From an uncultured euryarchaeote (GTDB taxonomy: Archaea; Thermoplasmatota; Poseidoniia; Poseidoniales; Poseidoniaceae): DNA of 64,000 nt. Shown piece by piece: positions 28,820 to 37,165 of the stretch; position 1 is the first letter of the stretch, and each line of letters opens with the position of its first letter. Under the pieces are notes generated by a model, which was not told the origin of the DNA, did not search any database, and saw only the letters and a program-made list of their open reading frames with translations. The translations under genes were made by a program, and so were the position numbers. The stretch is taken from contig CALBRH010000055.1 in assembly GCA_937899865.1 (NCBI GenBank), forward strand, positions 5,512 through 69,511, written 5' to 3'.

Positions 28820-30382
28820 ATGAAAAGTAAATCCAATCAAAAACTCGATGAGTTACGCCAAAAGCGAGATGAGGCGAGATTGGGTGGGGGTTTGAAAAAA
28901 CAAGAAGCGATTAGAAAAACTGGTCGCGCAACTGCTCGTGAGCGAATAAATATGTTACTTGATGAGGATTCATTTATTGAAATTGACTCATTTGTTACGC
29001 ACAGAACTGTTGACCACAACATGTTTCTTCATCAGACTTTAGGCGATGGTGTTGTTGCAGGGCATGGCACAATAGATGGACGTCGAGTTTACTGCTTCGC
29101 ACAAGATTTCAGCGTACATGGCGGCAGCATGGGTGAAACGCATGCAAAGAAAATCTCTAAAATTGTTGAAATGGCTGAACGAGCAAAAGTTCCCATTATA
29201 GGAATGTGGGATGGAGGTGGACAAAGAGCACATGATGGAATATCTGGGCTTGCTGGAACCGGCGAGTTGCTTGATAGACTAGTTCAATGTAGTGGACGAG
29301 TACCAATAATCAGTCTTGTTTTGGGACCAGTGGTTGGTGTTTCTTCATTGGCAGCAAGTCTTGCTGATTTCACAATTCTTGGAGAAGATCATGGCCAGTT
29401 ATTCCTATCATCACCATTAGAAACTCCTGAAGTAATTGAAGGAGAGATAGATGCTTCCGGACTTGGCGGTGCTAACTTACATGCCTCTCGCTCAGGTATT
29501 GCTTGTTTAATTGCCGATGATGATGAAGACGCATGCGAAATGGCAACCGAGATTCTTGGCTTTTTACCTGACCATAATGGCGCAATAGCACCATTTGTAG
29601 AGAGTGCAGACCCTATCGACAGACTTAATCCAGACTTAGAATCGTTAGTCCCAGACAATCCAAACAGACCATATGATATGGTCAAAGTTGTAGAGGAAAT
29701 TGTTGATGACGGACATTTCATGGAACTTTTCGAAGCATATGCTGATAATATCATCATTGGTTTTGCTCGTCTTGGTGGAAGAACTGTTGGAGTTATTGGA
29801 AATCAACCAAAGGTTTTAGCTGGTTGTTTAGATATTGATGCATCAATAAAAGCAGCTCGATTTATTAGAACATGTGATGCGTTTAATGTCCCTCTACTGA
29901 CTATGGAAGATGTTCCTGGTTTCCTTCCTGGAGTAGTTCAAGAATGGGGTGGAATCATTAGGCATGGTGCAAAACTATTGTTTGCCTATGCTGAAGCAAC
30001 AGTGCCAAAATTAACATTAGTAACAAGAAAAGCCTACGGCGGTGCATATCTTGCAATGTCCTGCAAACATTTGCGCAGCGATTACAACATTGCATGGCCA
30101 ACCGCAGAACTTGCTGTAATGGGTGCTGAAGGTGCCGTTAACATTATTCATCGAAGAGAGATTAACGCAGCAGAAGATGGTGAAAAGGAAAATGTTAGAG
30201 CCAAGTTAGTCGATGAATACAAGGCCAAATTTGGCGACCCATATGTTGCTGCTAGAAACGGTTGGCTTGATGATGTAATCGAGCCAAGTGAGTCGAGAAT
30301 TCGATTGATTCGTGCCCTCAATATTCTACGGTCTAAACGTGAATGGAGCCCACCTAAGAAGCATGGAAATATTCCATTATGA
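28820..30382 (+). CDS. Acyl-CoA carboxylase carboxyltransferase (beta) subunit, propionyl-CoA carboxylase / methylmalonyl-CoA carboxyltransferase type
   Basis: LDELRQKRDEARLGGG, RERINMLLDEDSFIEID, GHGTIDGRRVYCFAQDFSVHGGSMGE and VTRKAYGGAYLAMS are the conserved carboxyltransferase blocks. An alternative GTG at 28811 overlaps the gatD stop. Confidence 0.9.
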   Translation: MKSKSNQKLDELRQKRDEARLGGGLKKQEAIRKTGRATARERINMLLDEDSFIEIDSFVTHRTVDHNMFLHQTLGDGVVAGHGTIDGRRVYCFAQDFSVHGGSMGETHAKKISKIVEMAERAKVPIIGMWDGGGQRAHDGISGLAGTGELLDRLVQCSGRVPIISLVLGPVVGVSSLAASLADFTILGEDHGQLFLSSPLETPEVIEGEIDASGLGGANLHASRSGIACLIADDDEDACEMATEILGFLPDHNGAIAPFVESADPIDRLNPDLESLVPDNPNRPYDMVKVVEEIVDDGHFMELFEAYADNIIIGFARLGGRTVGVIGNQPKVLAGCLDIDASIKAARFIRTCDAFNVPLLTMEDVPGFLPGVVQEWGGIIRHGAKLLFAYAEATVPKLTLVTRKAYGGAYLAMSCKHLRSDYNIAWPTAELAVMGAEGAVNIIHRREINAAEDGEKENVRAKLVDEYKAKFGDPYVAARNGWLDDVIEPSESRIRLIRALNILRSKREWSPPKKHGNIPL

Positions 30383-33175
30383 TTACTTATTTTTATTAAT
30401 TCTAGAAAGTAATCCTGTCTCTGACAAACTAACTCCAAGTTCTTCTTCGACAACATCTACTTCAGTCTCAATCATTAATGGATTAGTATTGATCGGCTCA
30501 CTACGCATTGTTCTAAGAACAATAATCAATACAAGAACCATGATAATTAGTCCTAAAACACCTGAAACTATCAATGTATTAGATACTTTAAATCCGTCAT
30601 CTTCATCTGTTTTATCTTCAGCAATTGGAACTGTTGAATTGAAATCTATAATGGTATATTCTACTACTTCTGATGTGAATTCTGAGTCAAAAATAGCCAC
30701 TCTAACCTCTACTGTTTCACTGCGGTTCACCGGAACTTCAAGCATTGTAACACATTCTTTTGAGTTCCCTGAATCATCAATAATACATGATGGTTGAAGA
30801 TTATCTTGCGGTACTCCATCAAGAGAAATTTCCAAACCATGTTCACTCGCCCCATCATTATCAAAAACTGACCAAGCAAGTGTCGCTGCTGTATCATCAA
30901 TAATATTGACATTCATCAATGTCAGAATTGGAATATCTGGTACACTTGTAACTTCAATGCTCAATAACTGAGAATAATTTGTAGTTCCATCTGTCACATT
31001 GAGCCATTCGTTATTGATTGTTCCAAAATAGTCATTTTGTGGTGAAATAATCAATTGTGAACCAGAAATTATTGCTACATTGGCGCTAGAAGAATCAGAC
31101 TCGATGGTCCAAGAAAGCGTATCACCATCGATATCATAGGCAAAATCAGACAAACTCAATGATATTGATTCGTCCTCTTGCATTGAAATCTGCCACATCG
31201 AATTATTAGCAATTACTGGGTCATCAACTGGAGCAACCTGTATTGGAATATCCAAATCAACAGGTTCGGTAACACCATCCGTAACTCTAACATGTAAAAC
31301 AGTAGCACCATTTGCATTTGGAACAGGATTCAAAGTTAATACTCCATTATAGTAAGAAAACTCAACAGGTCCTGCGATTCCTTGAGTCTCATCATTGATT
31401 GAAGCAAGTAATGGTTCGCCCTCTGGGTCATAAGCATACTCAGTAATATTTACTGAAACTGATGGACCGTCTTCAATTAGAGTTTGCATTACAATGTCAT
31501 CTGTTTTTACTACTGGGTCATTGTATGGTATAACCACAATTTCCAACATAGTTAATGCTTCATCAATCACTCCCAAGCCATCAGATCTAAGCAAAATGTC
31601 AACTTCAGCACCTAAGATATATTCTTCAGTAACGATGTGAGTTACCGTTAATCCCCGATAATCATTATCGATTTGTATAGAGAAATTACTGATTTGACCT
31701 CCACTTAATGTTGCTTCAACAATAAACAATTCTTGGCCATCTGGGTCAATACCAATGTCGCTTGCTAAAATATACCCTTCACCGCGTTCAGGAACTTGGA
31801 TTACTGGTGCTGGTACTGTTAATGAGATGGGAGAATCTGTTCGTAAAAATTGGTGCTCAATAGTTGAGGGAGCACCTTCAACCATCACAGTCAAGAATGC
31901 GGTGTGGTTTCCAGGCGCTAAATCTTCGACTGCATAATCACATTGTACCGTTCCGTTATCGTGTACCAAGCCAATAACTGTCACTATTTTGTTAAATCCG
32001 CATTCTACATCAATTTGCCAATTAGAATCGATTTCTCCATAGCGGTCTCCATTTCTAAGTGTCCAATTACTAGATAGTGAAAATGTATCATATCTACCAA
32101 ACTCATTGACCTGACTTGGAGACTTAGTTATATTTTCAATCAGCAAAAATTCTGATTCAAACAAATTCTCCTCGGTATATGAGTCGCTATCACTGGCGGA
32201 ATTTGGCGATGCCTCACGATTGAATGCTGGTCTAAATTCATCATGAACTCCTCTAAGTGTTAAATCTAAATACGGCACAATATGGGATATTGCGTAATCT
32301 ATTTGCTCGGTTTGAGAAATTGATGCATCGCCATCGCCACGGTCATCGCCGAAAAAGATTCCATCATCTATTTCATCTTGGAATTGATAATGATCAGCGC
32401 CAAGAACATGCATCCACTGCCAAGCTAGAGCATCGGTAGCGCTAATTATTGGTAAATTATCTTGACCTTTGGCAATTTCATCAACGGTTCCAGTCATGAA
32501 TAGCCCAGTACCCGGGCTAGCAGGGTCAATTTGCCATTCGCTAGGTTTGATATTTTGCCAACCATCCCCGCTATTCCAACCGGAAAAATCAATTCCTAAG
32601 CCGAAGATAGACCTGGGTGGTTGAATTTCAACTGACAGATTTGATTCTGGCCAAAATGGATAAACTGAGTAGGCAATTGCAGCTCCAGTACCATGGCCTG
32701 AAACACCCCAATGATGCAAATCAATATTACCAAATGCAGCAGGAATTAGACTATTAGTAGCATTGGTTTGATTCATCAAATCAATTATCGATTCTAATAA
32801 CAACAATGAAGATTCAACATTTGTAGTATCATCGCTATCAAAACCATTGGTTAGAACAACTATAGTTCCACGTTTAACTATTTCACTTGAAAAAATTCCG
32901 TAGTCAGAAGTATCCTCTCCTTCATCACAAAAGAACACCGTGAACGGAAACGGGCCATTTCCAGCCATTGCTTCGTCTTCACCGTCATTCATTGCTGGAT
33001 AAATTACTCTCACTGATTTACCATTTGCAGTCAAATCAGCAAAGCCAACTGGAAAATCAACACCAGTGTGTTGGTTTTTGAATTCTTTTGATTCAGGAGG
33101 GTGAGCAACTGATGGTGCGATAGCAAAGATACTGGCACACAAAAGGCCAATCAATATCCAAGCGTTACCCTTCAA
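30383..33175 (-). CDS. Type-I anchored surface protein (930 aa): alpha/beta-hydrolase-like head plus cadherin-like repeats
   Basis: TTG start preceded by GGGGTGGTC (SD-like). Signal peptide AWILIGLLCASIFAIAPSVA. Hydrolase-like head with elbow GVSGHGTGAA. Repeats are bounded by PYNDPVV and APVDDPVI (cadherin-like 'NDxPV' linkers, e.g. FAYDIDGDTLSWTI). C-terminal TM LIVSGVLGLIIMVLVLIIVL is followed by a charged tail. Confidence 0.85.
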   Translation of the reverse strand: MKGNAWILIGLLCASIFAIAPSVAHPPESKEFKNQHTGVDFPVGFADLTANGKSVRVIYPAMNDGEDEAMAGNGPFPFTVFFCDEGEDTSDYGIFSSEIVKRGTIVVLTNGFDSDDTTNVESSLLLLESIIDLMNQTNATNSLIPAAFGNIDLHHWGVSGHGTGAAIAYSVYPFWPESNLSVEIQPPRSIFGLGIDFSGWNSGDGWQNIKPSEWQIDPASPGTGLFMTGTVDEIAKGQDNLPIISATDALAWQWMHVLGADHYQFQDEIDDGIFFGDDRGDGDASISQTEQIDYAISHIVPYLDLTLRGVHDEFRPAFNREASPNSASDSDSYTEENLFESEFLLIENITKSPSQVNEFGRYDTFSLSSNWTLRNGDRYGEIDSNWQIDVECGFNKIVTVIGLVHDNGTVQCDYAVEDLAPGNHTAFLTVMVEGAPSTIEHQFLRTDSPISLTVPAPVIQVPERGEGYILASDIGIDPDGQELFIVEATLSGGQISNFSIQIDNDYRGLTVTHIVTEEYILGAEVDILLRSDGLGVIDEALTMLEIVVIPYNDPVVKTDDIVMQTLIEDGPSVSVNITEYAYDPEGEPLLASINDETQGIAGPVEFSYYNGVLTLNPVPNANGATVLHVRVTDGVTEPVDLDIPIQVAPVDDPVIANNSMWQISMQEDESISLSLSDFAYDIDGDTLSWTIESDSSSANVAIISGSQLIISPQNDYFGTINNEWLNVTDGTTNYSQLLSIEVTSVPDIPILTLMNVNIIDDTAATLAWSVFDNDGASEHGLEISLDGVPQDNLQPSCIIDDSGNSKECVTMLEVPVNRSETVEVRVAIFDSEFTSEVVEYTIIDFNSTVPIAEDKTDEDDGFKVSNTLIVSGVLGLIIMVLVLIIVLRTMRSEPINTNPLMIETEVDVVEEELGVSLSETGLLSRINKNK

Positions 33176-33230
33176 TTAGACCACCCCAATAAGTCGAATG
33201 ACAACTACGTTCTATTTTGTAATTAGTATC

Positions 33231-34247
33231 TTATGAGTATGACGCAAGTACTGATTCTGCAGTAATTAGCATTGAGACTAACAAATCAAGTGTCGGTAAC
33301 TGGTCGGTAATTTGTGGCGCCCACAATTGAGACCAGCATTCAAGATGTTGAGCCGCAAGTAGCCATCTACCATCGACAACTTCGTTAGTGATTGCTGCAA
33401 TTCTATCTTCATGTTCGCCATCGATTCCATGATATTGTGACCGAATTACTAAACTTGAGACTTGAACATCATCTGGAAGTGTATCATCATCGAAATTAAT
33501 GAAAACATCACATGTTCTAGATTCTGCAACCTCGCCACTAAACCAATCATATTCATCCATGTCTCGTTTGCCGCCCAAAATCATAACTTTACCACCCAAT
33601 TTCTGCCAAGTATGAGCGGTTGAACGTGCTGCACCACCACCACCAATTATTCCAATGGTCGAACCTTTGGAGATATCTATGCCAAAATATTCGGCAACTC
33701 TTGCAACACCTGAACCATCCACATTCGATGACCACCAGCCGAAACCATCCCAACGAAGAGCATTAACAGATTCGATCAGTGATGAATCATTAAAATCAAC
33801 AACTGCTTGTGACTTTAATTGATGCTTCAAAGGAGATGTTAAATTCAACCAAACCTCTTCGCGAAATGATTTTGTTGGTAAATCAATTTTGACGTTAAAC
33901 GGAAGACTAGCGGAATTCTTACTGAACTTCTCTCGGCTTAATCCATCGATAGAATCGGTAATTTCAGCAGTTGCTTCAAGCACTTTTTGCATCAACGCCT
34001 TGTTACGGAATTTTCCAAATGGAGCTCCAGTCAAATTCCAATTAACCACATCTGGAATAAATTTTACATGCCCCCATGCCAGTGCATCTTGAATAAATTT
34101 AACATCAACTAAATCTGTTTGTAGTAGATTAAATCTTAGTGAAGGTTTAACCTGATTAGAAACATGTTGAGCGACGATATTAATCAATACAGGAGACAGA
34201 GAATGATTGACAGGATGGCCTGCAACTGCATAGTAGACATCCGCCAT
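33231..34247 (-). CDS. Shikimate dehydrogenase (AroE) family protein, divergent, with an internal insertion
   Basis: YYAVAGHPVNHSLSPV (GnPi.HS.SP), LNLTSPLKHQ (NVT.P.K), SVNALRW (avNTl), SSNVDGSG (yNTDg.G) and IIGGGGAARS (GaGGAar) occur in AroE order. About 70 extra residues sit between the first two blocks. Confidence 0.6.
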   Translation of the reverse strand: MADVYYAVAGHPVNHSLSPVLINIVAQHVSNQVKPSLRFNLLQTDLVDVKFIQDALAWGHVKFIPDVVNWNLTGAPFGKFRNKALMQKVLEATAEITDSIDGLSREKFSKNSASLPFNVKIDLPTKSFREEVWLNLTSPLKHQLKSQAVVDFNDSSLIESVNALRWDGFGWWSSNVDGSGVARVAEYFGIDISKGSTIGIIGGGGAARSTAHTWQKLGGKVMILGGKRDMDEYDWFSGEVAESRTCDVFINFDDDTLPDDVQVSSLVIRSQYHGIDGEHEDRIAAITNEVVDGRWLLAAQHLECWSQLWAPQITDQLPTLDLLVSMLITAESVLASYS

Positions 34248-34338
34248 GAAAAACCGTCTTTTTCATTGTTTTTGAATTAAACCTTTTATCCAAACTCGTA
34301 GGAAAAACCTTTGAAAACCATAACCCTGTGGTACATCC

Positions 34339-34725
34339 ATGGCAGGAGTTGGGTTCATCAGCAATCAAACAGCAGGCAAGGGAGCAATTGCTGCGTTAAC
34401 AGGTTTATTGGGGCTGTATATGACTGCGGCTATGTGGGTTGAATTCAATGAAGCACTCGGAGCATTCTTTGGACCGAGTCTTGGCGTAATTGTTGGAACT
34501 CTAATTTTCCTAATTTACCAAGATAGAAAGAATGTTAAAGAATTCTCAGCAAATAAGAATTATAGTACATCTGAAAGAACAACTTTAGTAAAGGGTGCTG
34601 ATGGAAGATATACTCAAATTGACTCAAACATAGAAAGTGGTCGAAACCCAGTATTATTTATTGCAATGCTGTATTTCACTATAGTGCTAATTAGTGAAAT
34701 CTCATGGTCTGATTTAATTCTTTGA
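34339..34725 (+). CDS. Hypothetical small membrane protein
   Basis: 128 aa with three hydrophobic segments. It is the first gene of a same-strand run ending in NfeD and flotillin. Confidence 0.45.
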   Translation: MAGVGFISNQTAGKGAIAALTGLLGLYMTAAMWVEFNEALGAFFGPSLGVIVGTLIFLIYQDRKNVKEFSANKNYSTSERTTLVKGADGRYTQIDSNIESGRNPVLFIAMLYFTIVLISEISWSDLIL

Positions 34726-34734
34726 GGTATTTTT

Positions 34735-34992
34735 TTGTCAACATTGATGGATATCTTTCTAATGAAAGATAACCTAAACAAAATAGACCAAGATGCTAGA
34801 ACTGTTTATTGGATTATTCTAGAAAAGTTATCTATTGTTCTTTGCTTAGTTATCGTTTTTGCTGGCGCCTTAGCATTAAATCTACCTTGGTGGGCCGTTG
34901 GAACAATTCTTGGATTCTCATTAGGACCTATCGTCTATGGTCATTATTATTTCATTTACATACGCCCAATACTGAAAAGACGGGAAGATTGA
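34735..34992 (+). CDS. Hypothetical small membrane protein
   Basis: 85 aa with two hydrophobic helices. The tracked start is TTG, and an in-frame ATG (MDIFLMKD) lies 4 codons in. The call rests on position and hydropathy only. Confidence 0.35.
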   Translation: MSTLMDIFLMKDNLNKIDQDARTVYWIILEKLSIVLCLVIVFAGALALNLPWWAVGTILGFSLGPIVYGHYYFIYIRPILKRRED

Positions 34993-35027
34993 TGTGGGAA
35001 AGGTTGCTGTGAGTGTTAGGTGAAGAC

Positions 35028-35624
35028 ATGGGTTTGTTCGGAGATTTTCTTGATTTAATTGGCTTAGGAGGAATTACTGGAGTTGATGTTCTATTTGCTG
35101 CAATGGCGATTGTAGGAACATTTTTGTTCATAATTTACTTTCTACTAATCTTGATCGGTGATTTCACAGGTGGGATGTTTGACTTCGAAATGGATGCAGA
35201 TGGAATTTTCCATCTATTTACAATCCAAGGTTTACTTAGTTTCATAATGATGTTTGGTATTTTTGGACTATCCGTTTCACAGGCTGATCAAAATGCCTTC
35301 ATAGCAATCATTGCTGGAACGATTGCTGGAACCTTTTCTATGTATATAGTTGGCAAGGTATTCCAAATGATGGCGAGTTTGGAGAAGGACAATACTGTTG
35401 AGCATGCACAAGCAATTGGCGCAAGAGGCACAGTATACCGAACCATACATCCAGGAAAGATGGGAGAAGTACAGGTTGAATACCAAGGTGCACTCCGAAC
35501 AGAGTCAGCTGTAGCAAAAGATGAAACTTTGAAACTTGAAACTGGTAAATTCGTTGAAGTTGTTGATGTAATAACTGAAAGATTGATTGTTATCCCACTA
35601 GATATCAATGGAAATGACGAATGA
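35028..35624 (+). CDS. NfeD-family membrane protein
   Basis: Hydrophobic N-terminal helices are followed by a C-terminal OB-like block, GARGTVYRTIHPGKMGEVQVEYQGALRTESAVA...GKFVEVVDV, typical of NfeD. It sits immediately upstream of a flotillin gene. ATG 35028 is preceded by GGTGA, whereas the tracked start 35013 is GTG. Confidence 0.7.
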   Translation: MGLFGDFLDLIGLGGITGVDVLFAAMAIVGTFLFIIYFLLILIGDFTGGMFDFEMDADGIFHLFTIQGLLSFIMMFGIFGLSVSQADQNAFIAIIAGTIAGTFSMYIVGKVFQMMASLEKDNTVEHAQAIGARGTVYRTIHPGKMGEVQVEYQGALRTESAVAKDETLKLETGKFVEVVDVITERLIVIPLDINGNDE

Positions 35625-35690
35625 TTTGGCTAAATTTCGCGCAAATAATGTGGGGTGAATCCTCTTATAGGGGTTTGATTTGGTAATGCC

Positions 35691-37076
35691 ATGGTCGCAG
35701 AAGCGTTAGCATTGATTGGAATTGCATTATTGGTATTTGTACTGTTAGTAACTATTTATGTTGCAACATCTAGATATAAATTAGCCCCATCAGATCAAAT
35801 CCTTGTAGTATATGGTAATGTCAAGGACAAAGGTTCAGCCGCTTGTTATCACGGTGGTGGTAAAATTGTTTGGCCTTTGATACAACATTTTGCCTATCTT
35901 GATTTGAAACCAATGACCATTTCAATTGACTTGGAACACGCTCTATCTCAACAAAACATCAGAATTAATGTACCATCTACCTTTACCATCGGTATCTCAA
36001 CTCAACCATCTGTAATGCAAAATGCAGCAGAGCGTCTTCTTGGATTAGGACAAGCCCAAATTGAAGACATGGCAAAAGAAATCATCTTTGGTCAACTACG
36101 TTTGACTGTTGCATCTTTGACCATTGAGCAAATCAACCAAGACAGAGAAGCGTTCTTGGAAAGAGTTTCAACCAACGTGGATACTGAATTGCACAAGATT
36201 GGTCTTTACCTAATCAACGTTAACATCACTGATATTACTGATGAAGCCGACTATATCGCATCTATCGGTGCTAAGGCTGCTGCAGTTGCTATTGCAGATG
36301 CTACCGTCGACAGAGCAGAGGCTGCTCGTGATGGTGCTGTAGGTAAGGCTGCTGCTGACAGAGATCGAGAGATTGAAGTCGCTAAGGCAGAAGCTGAAGC
36401 ATCCAAGGGTCAAAAAGCTGCAGAAGCAGATAAGCGTGTTTTCGTACAACAACAAGAAGCATTAGCGGTTGAGGGTGAAAACGTATCACGTGCTGACATT
36501 GCAGCATACAATGCTGATTTAGCAGAGAAAGAAGCAGAAGCACTACAACGTTCTGAAGTTGCTAAGCGTAAGGCTCAATCGGAAATTGAAAGAGCCCAGT
36601 ATGAACTTGAGGGTGAAAGACTCCGTGCTGAAGAAATTGCTCGTGAAGAAGTATCTAAGCAACAAATCGAGATTGCTGCAGAAGCAGAGGCTGAGCGCCA
36701 ACGCAGAATTGCTAAGGGTCAAGCAGACGCTATCCTTGCTCGCTATAACGCTGAAGCGGAAGGTACCAAAGCAGTTCTTGAAGCAAAGGCTGCTGGTTAT
36801 CAATCACTGGTCAAGAGTGCAGGTGGCGATGCAAAGGCAGCTGCTACACTACTAATGGTTGAGAAGATTGAAGAAATCGTTGCTCGCCAAACTGAGGCTA
36901 TCTCCAACCTAAAGATAGACAAGATTACCGTTTGGGATTCAGGCAATGGTGGCGAAGGTGGCAGTACTGCAAACTTCGTCTCTTCCCTAATCAAGTCTCT
37001 ACCGCCAGTGCACGATGTTGCTAAGATGGCTGGTGTTGACTTGCCTGACTACCTTGGTAGCATGAAAGAAGAGTGA
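35691..37076 (+). CDS. Flotillin-like SPFH/Band 7 protein
   Basis: An N-terminal membrane hairpin, an SPFH core (YKLAPSDQILVVYG ... TIEQINQDREAF) and a long Ala/Glu/Lys coiled-coil (AKAEAEASKGQKAAEADK...). The NfeD partner lies upstream. Confidence 0.85.
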   Translation: MVAEALALIGIALLVFVLLVTIYVATSRYKLAPSDQILVVYGNVKDKGSAACYHGGGKIVWPLIQHFAYLDLKPMTISIDLEHALSQQNIRINVPSTFTIGISTQPSVMQNAAERLLGLGQAQIEDMAKEIIFGQLRLTVASLTIEQINQDREAFLERVSTNVDTELHKIGLYLINVNITDITDEADYIASIGAKAAAVAIADATVDRAEAARDGAVGKAAADRDREIEVAKAEAEASKGQKAAEADKRVFVQQQEALAVEGENVSRADIAAYNADLAEKEAEALQRSEVAKRKAQSEIERAQYELEGERLRAEEIAREEVSKQQIEIAAEAEAERQRRIAKGQADAILARYNAEAEGTKAVLEAKAAGYQSLVKSAGGDAKAAATLLMVEKIEEIVARQTEAISNLKIDKITVWDSGNGGEGGSTANFVSSLIKSLPPVHDVAKMAGVDLPDYLGSMKEE

Positions 37077-37165
37077 ATCGGGTATTGGCCAAAGGTGGGC
37101 TAATTGCCCAACATAGTGTCGAATAGACCGTATGCTTCAAAGACTAAAGCACATGCACTTCGGAT

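Noticed and set aside
30312-30797. 161-aa plus-strand ORF overlapping the pccB-like 3' end and the 930-aa gene 3' end.
   Set aside because: Its Ser/Thr/Ile-rich low-complexity translation is the antisense image of the acidic/hydrophobic tail of the 930-aa protein. It overlaps two well-supported genes.
34809-35012. 67-aa ORF overlapping the small membrane-protein gene in another frame.
   Set aside because: It lies out of frame inside a hydropathy-supported ORF. Its translation is Arg/Trp/Leu/Ser-rich with no motif.
36210-36994. Several 64-98-aa ORFs on both strands inside the flotillin gene.
   Set aside because: These are artefacts of the GCN/GAR-rich coiled-coil coding region, and the full-length SPFH plus coiled-coil reading is far better supported.
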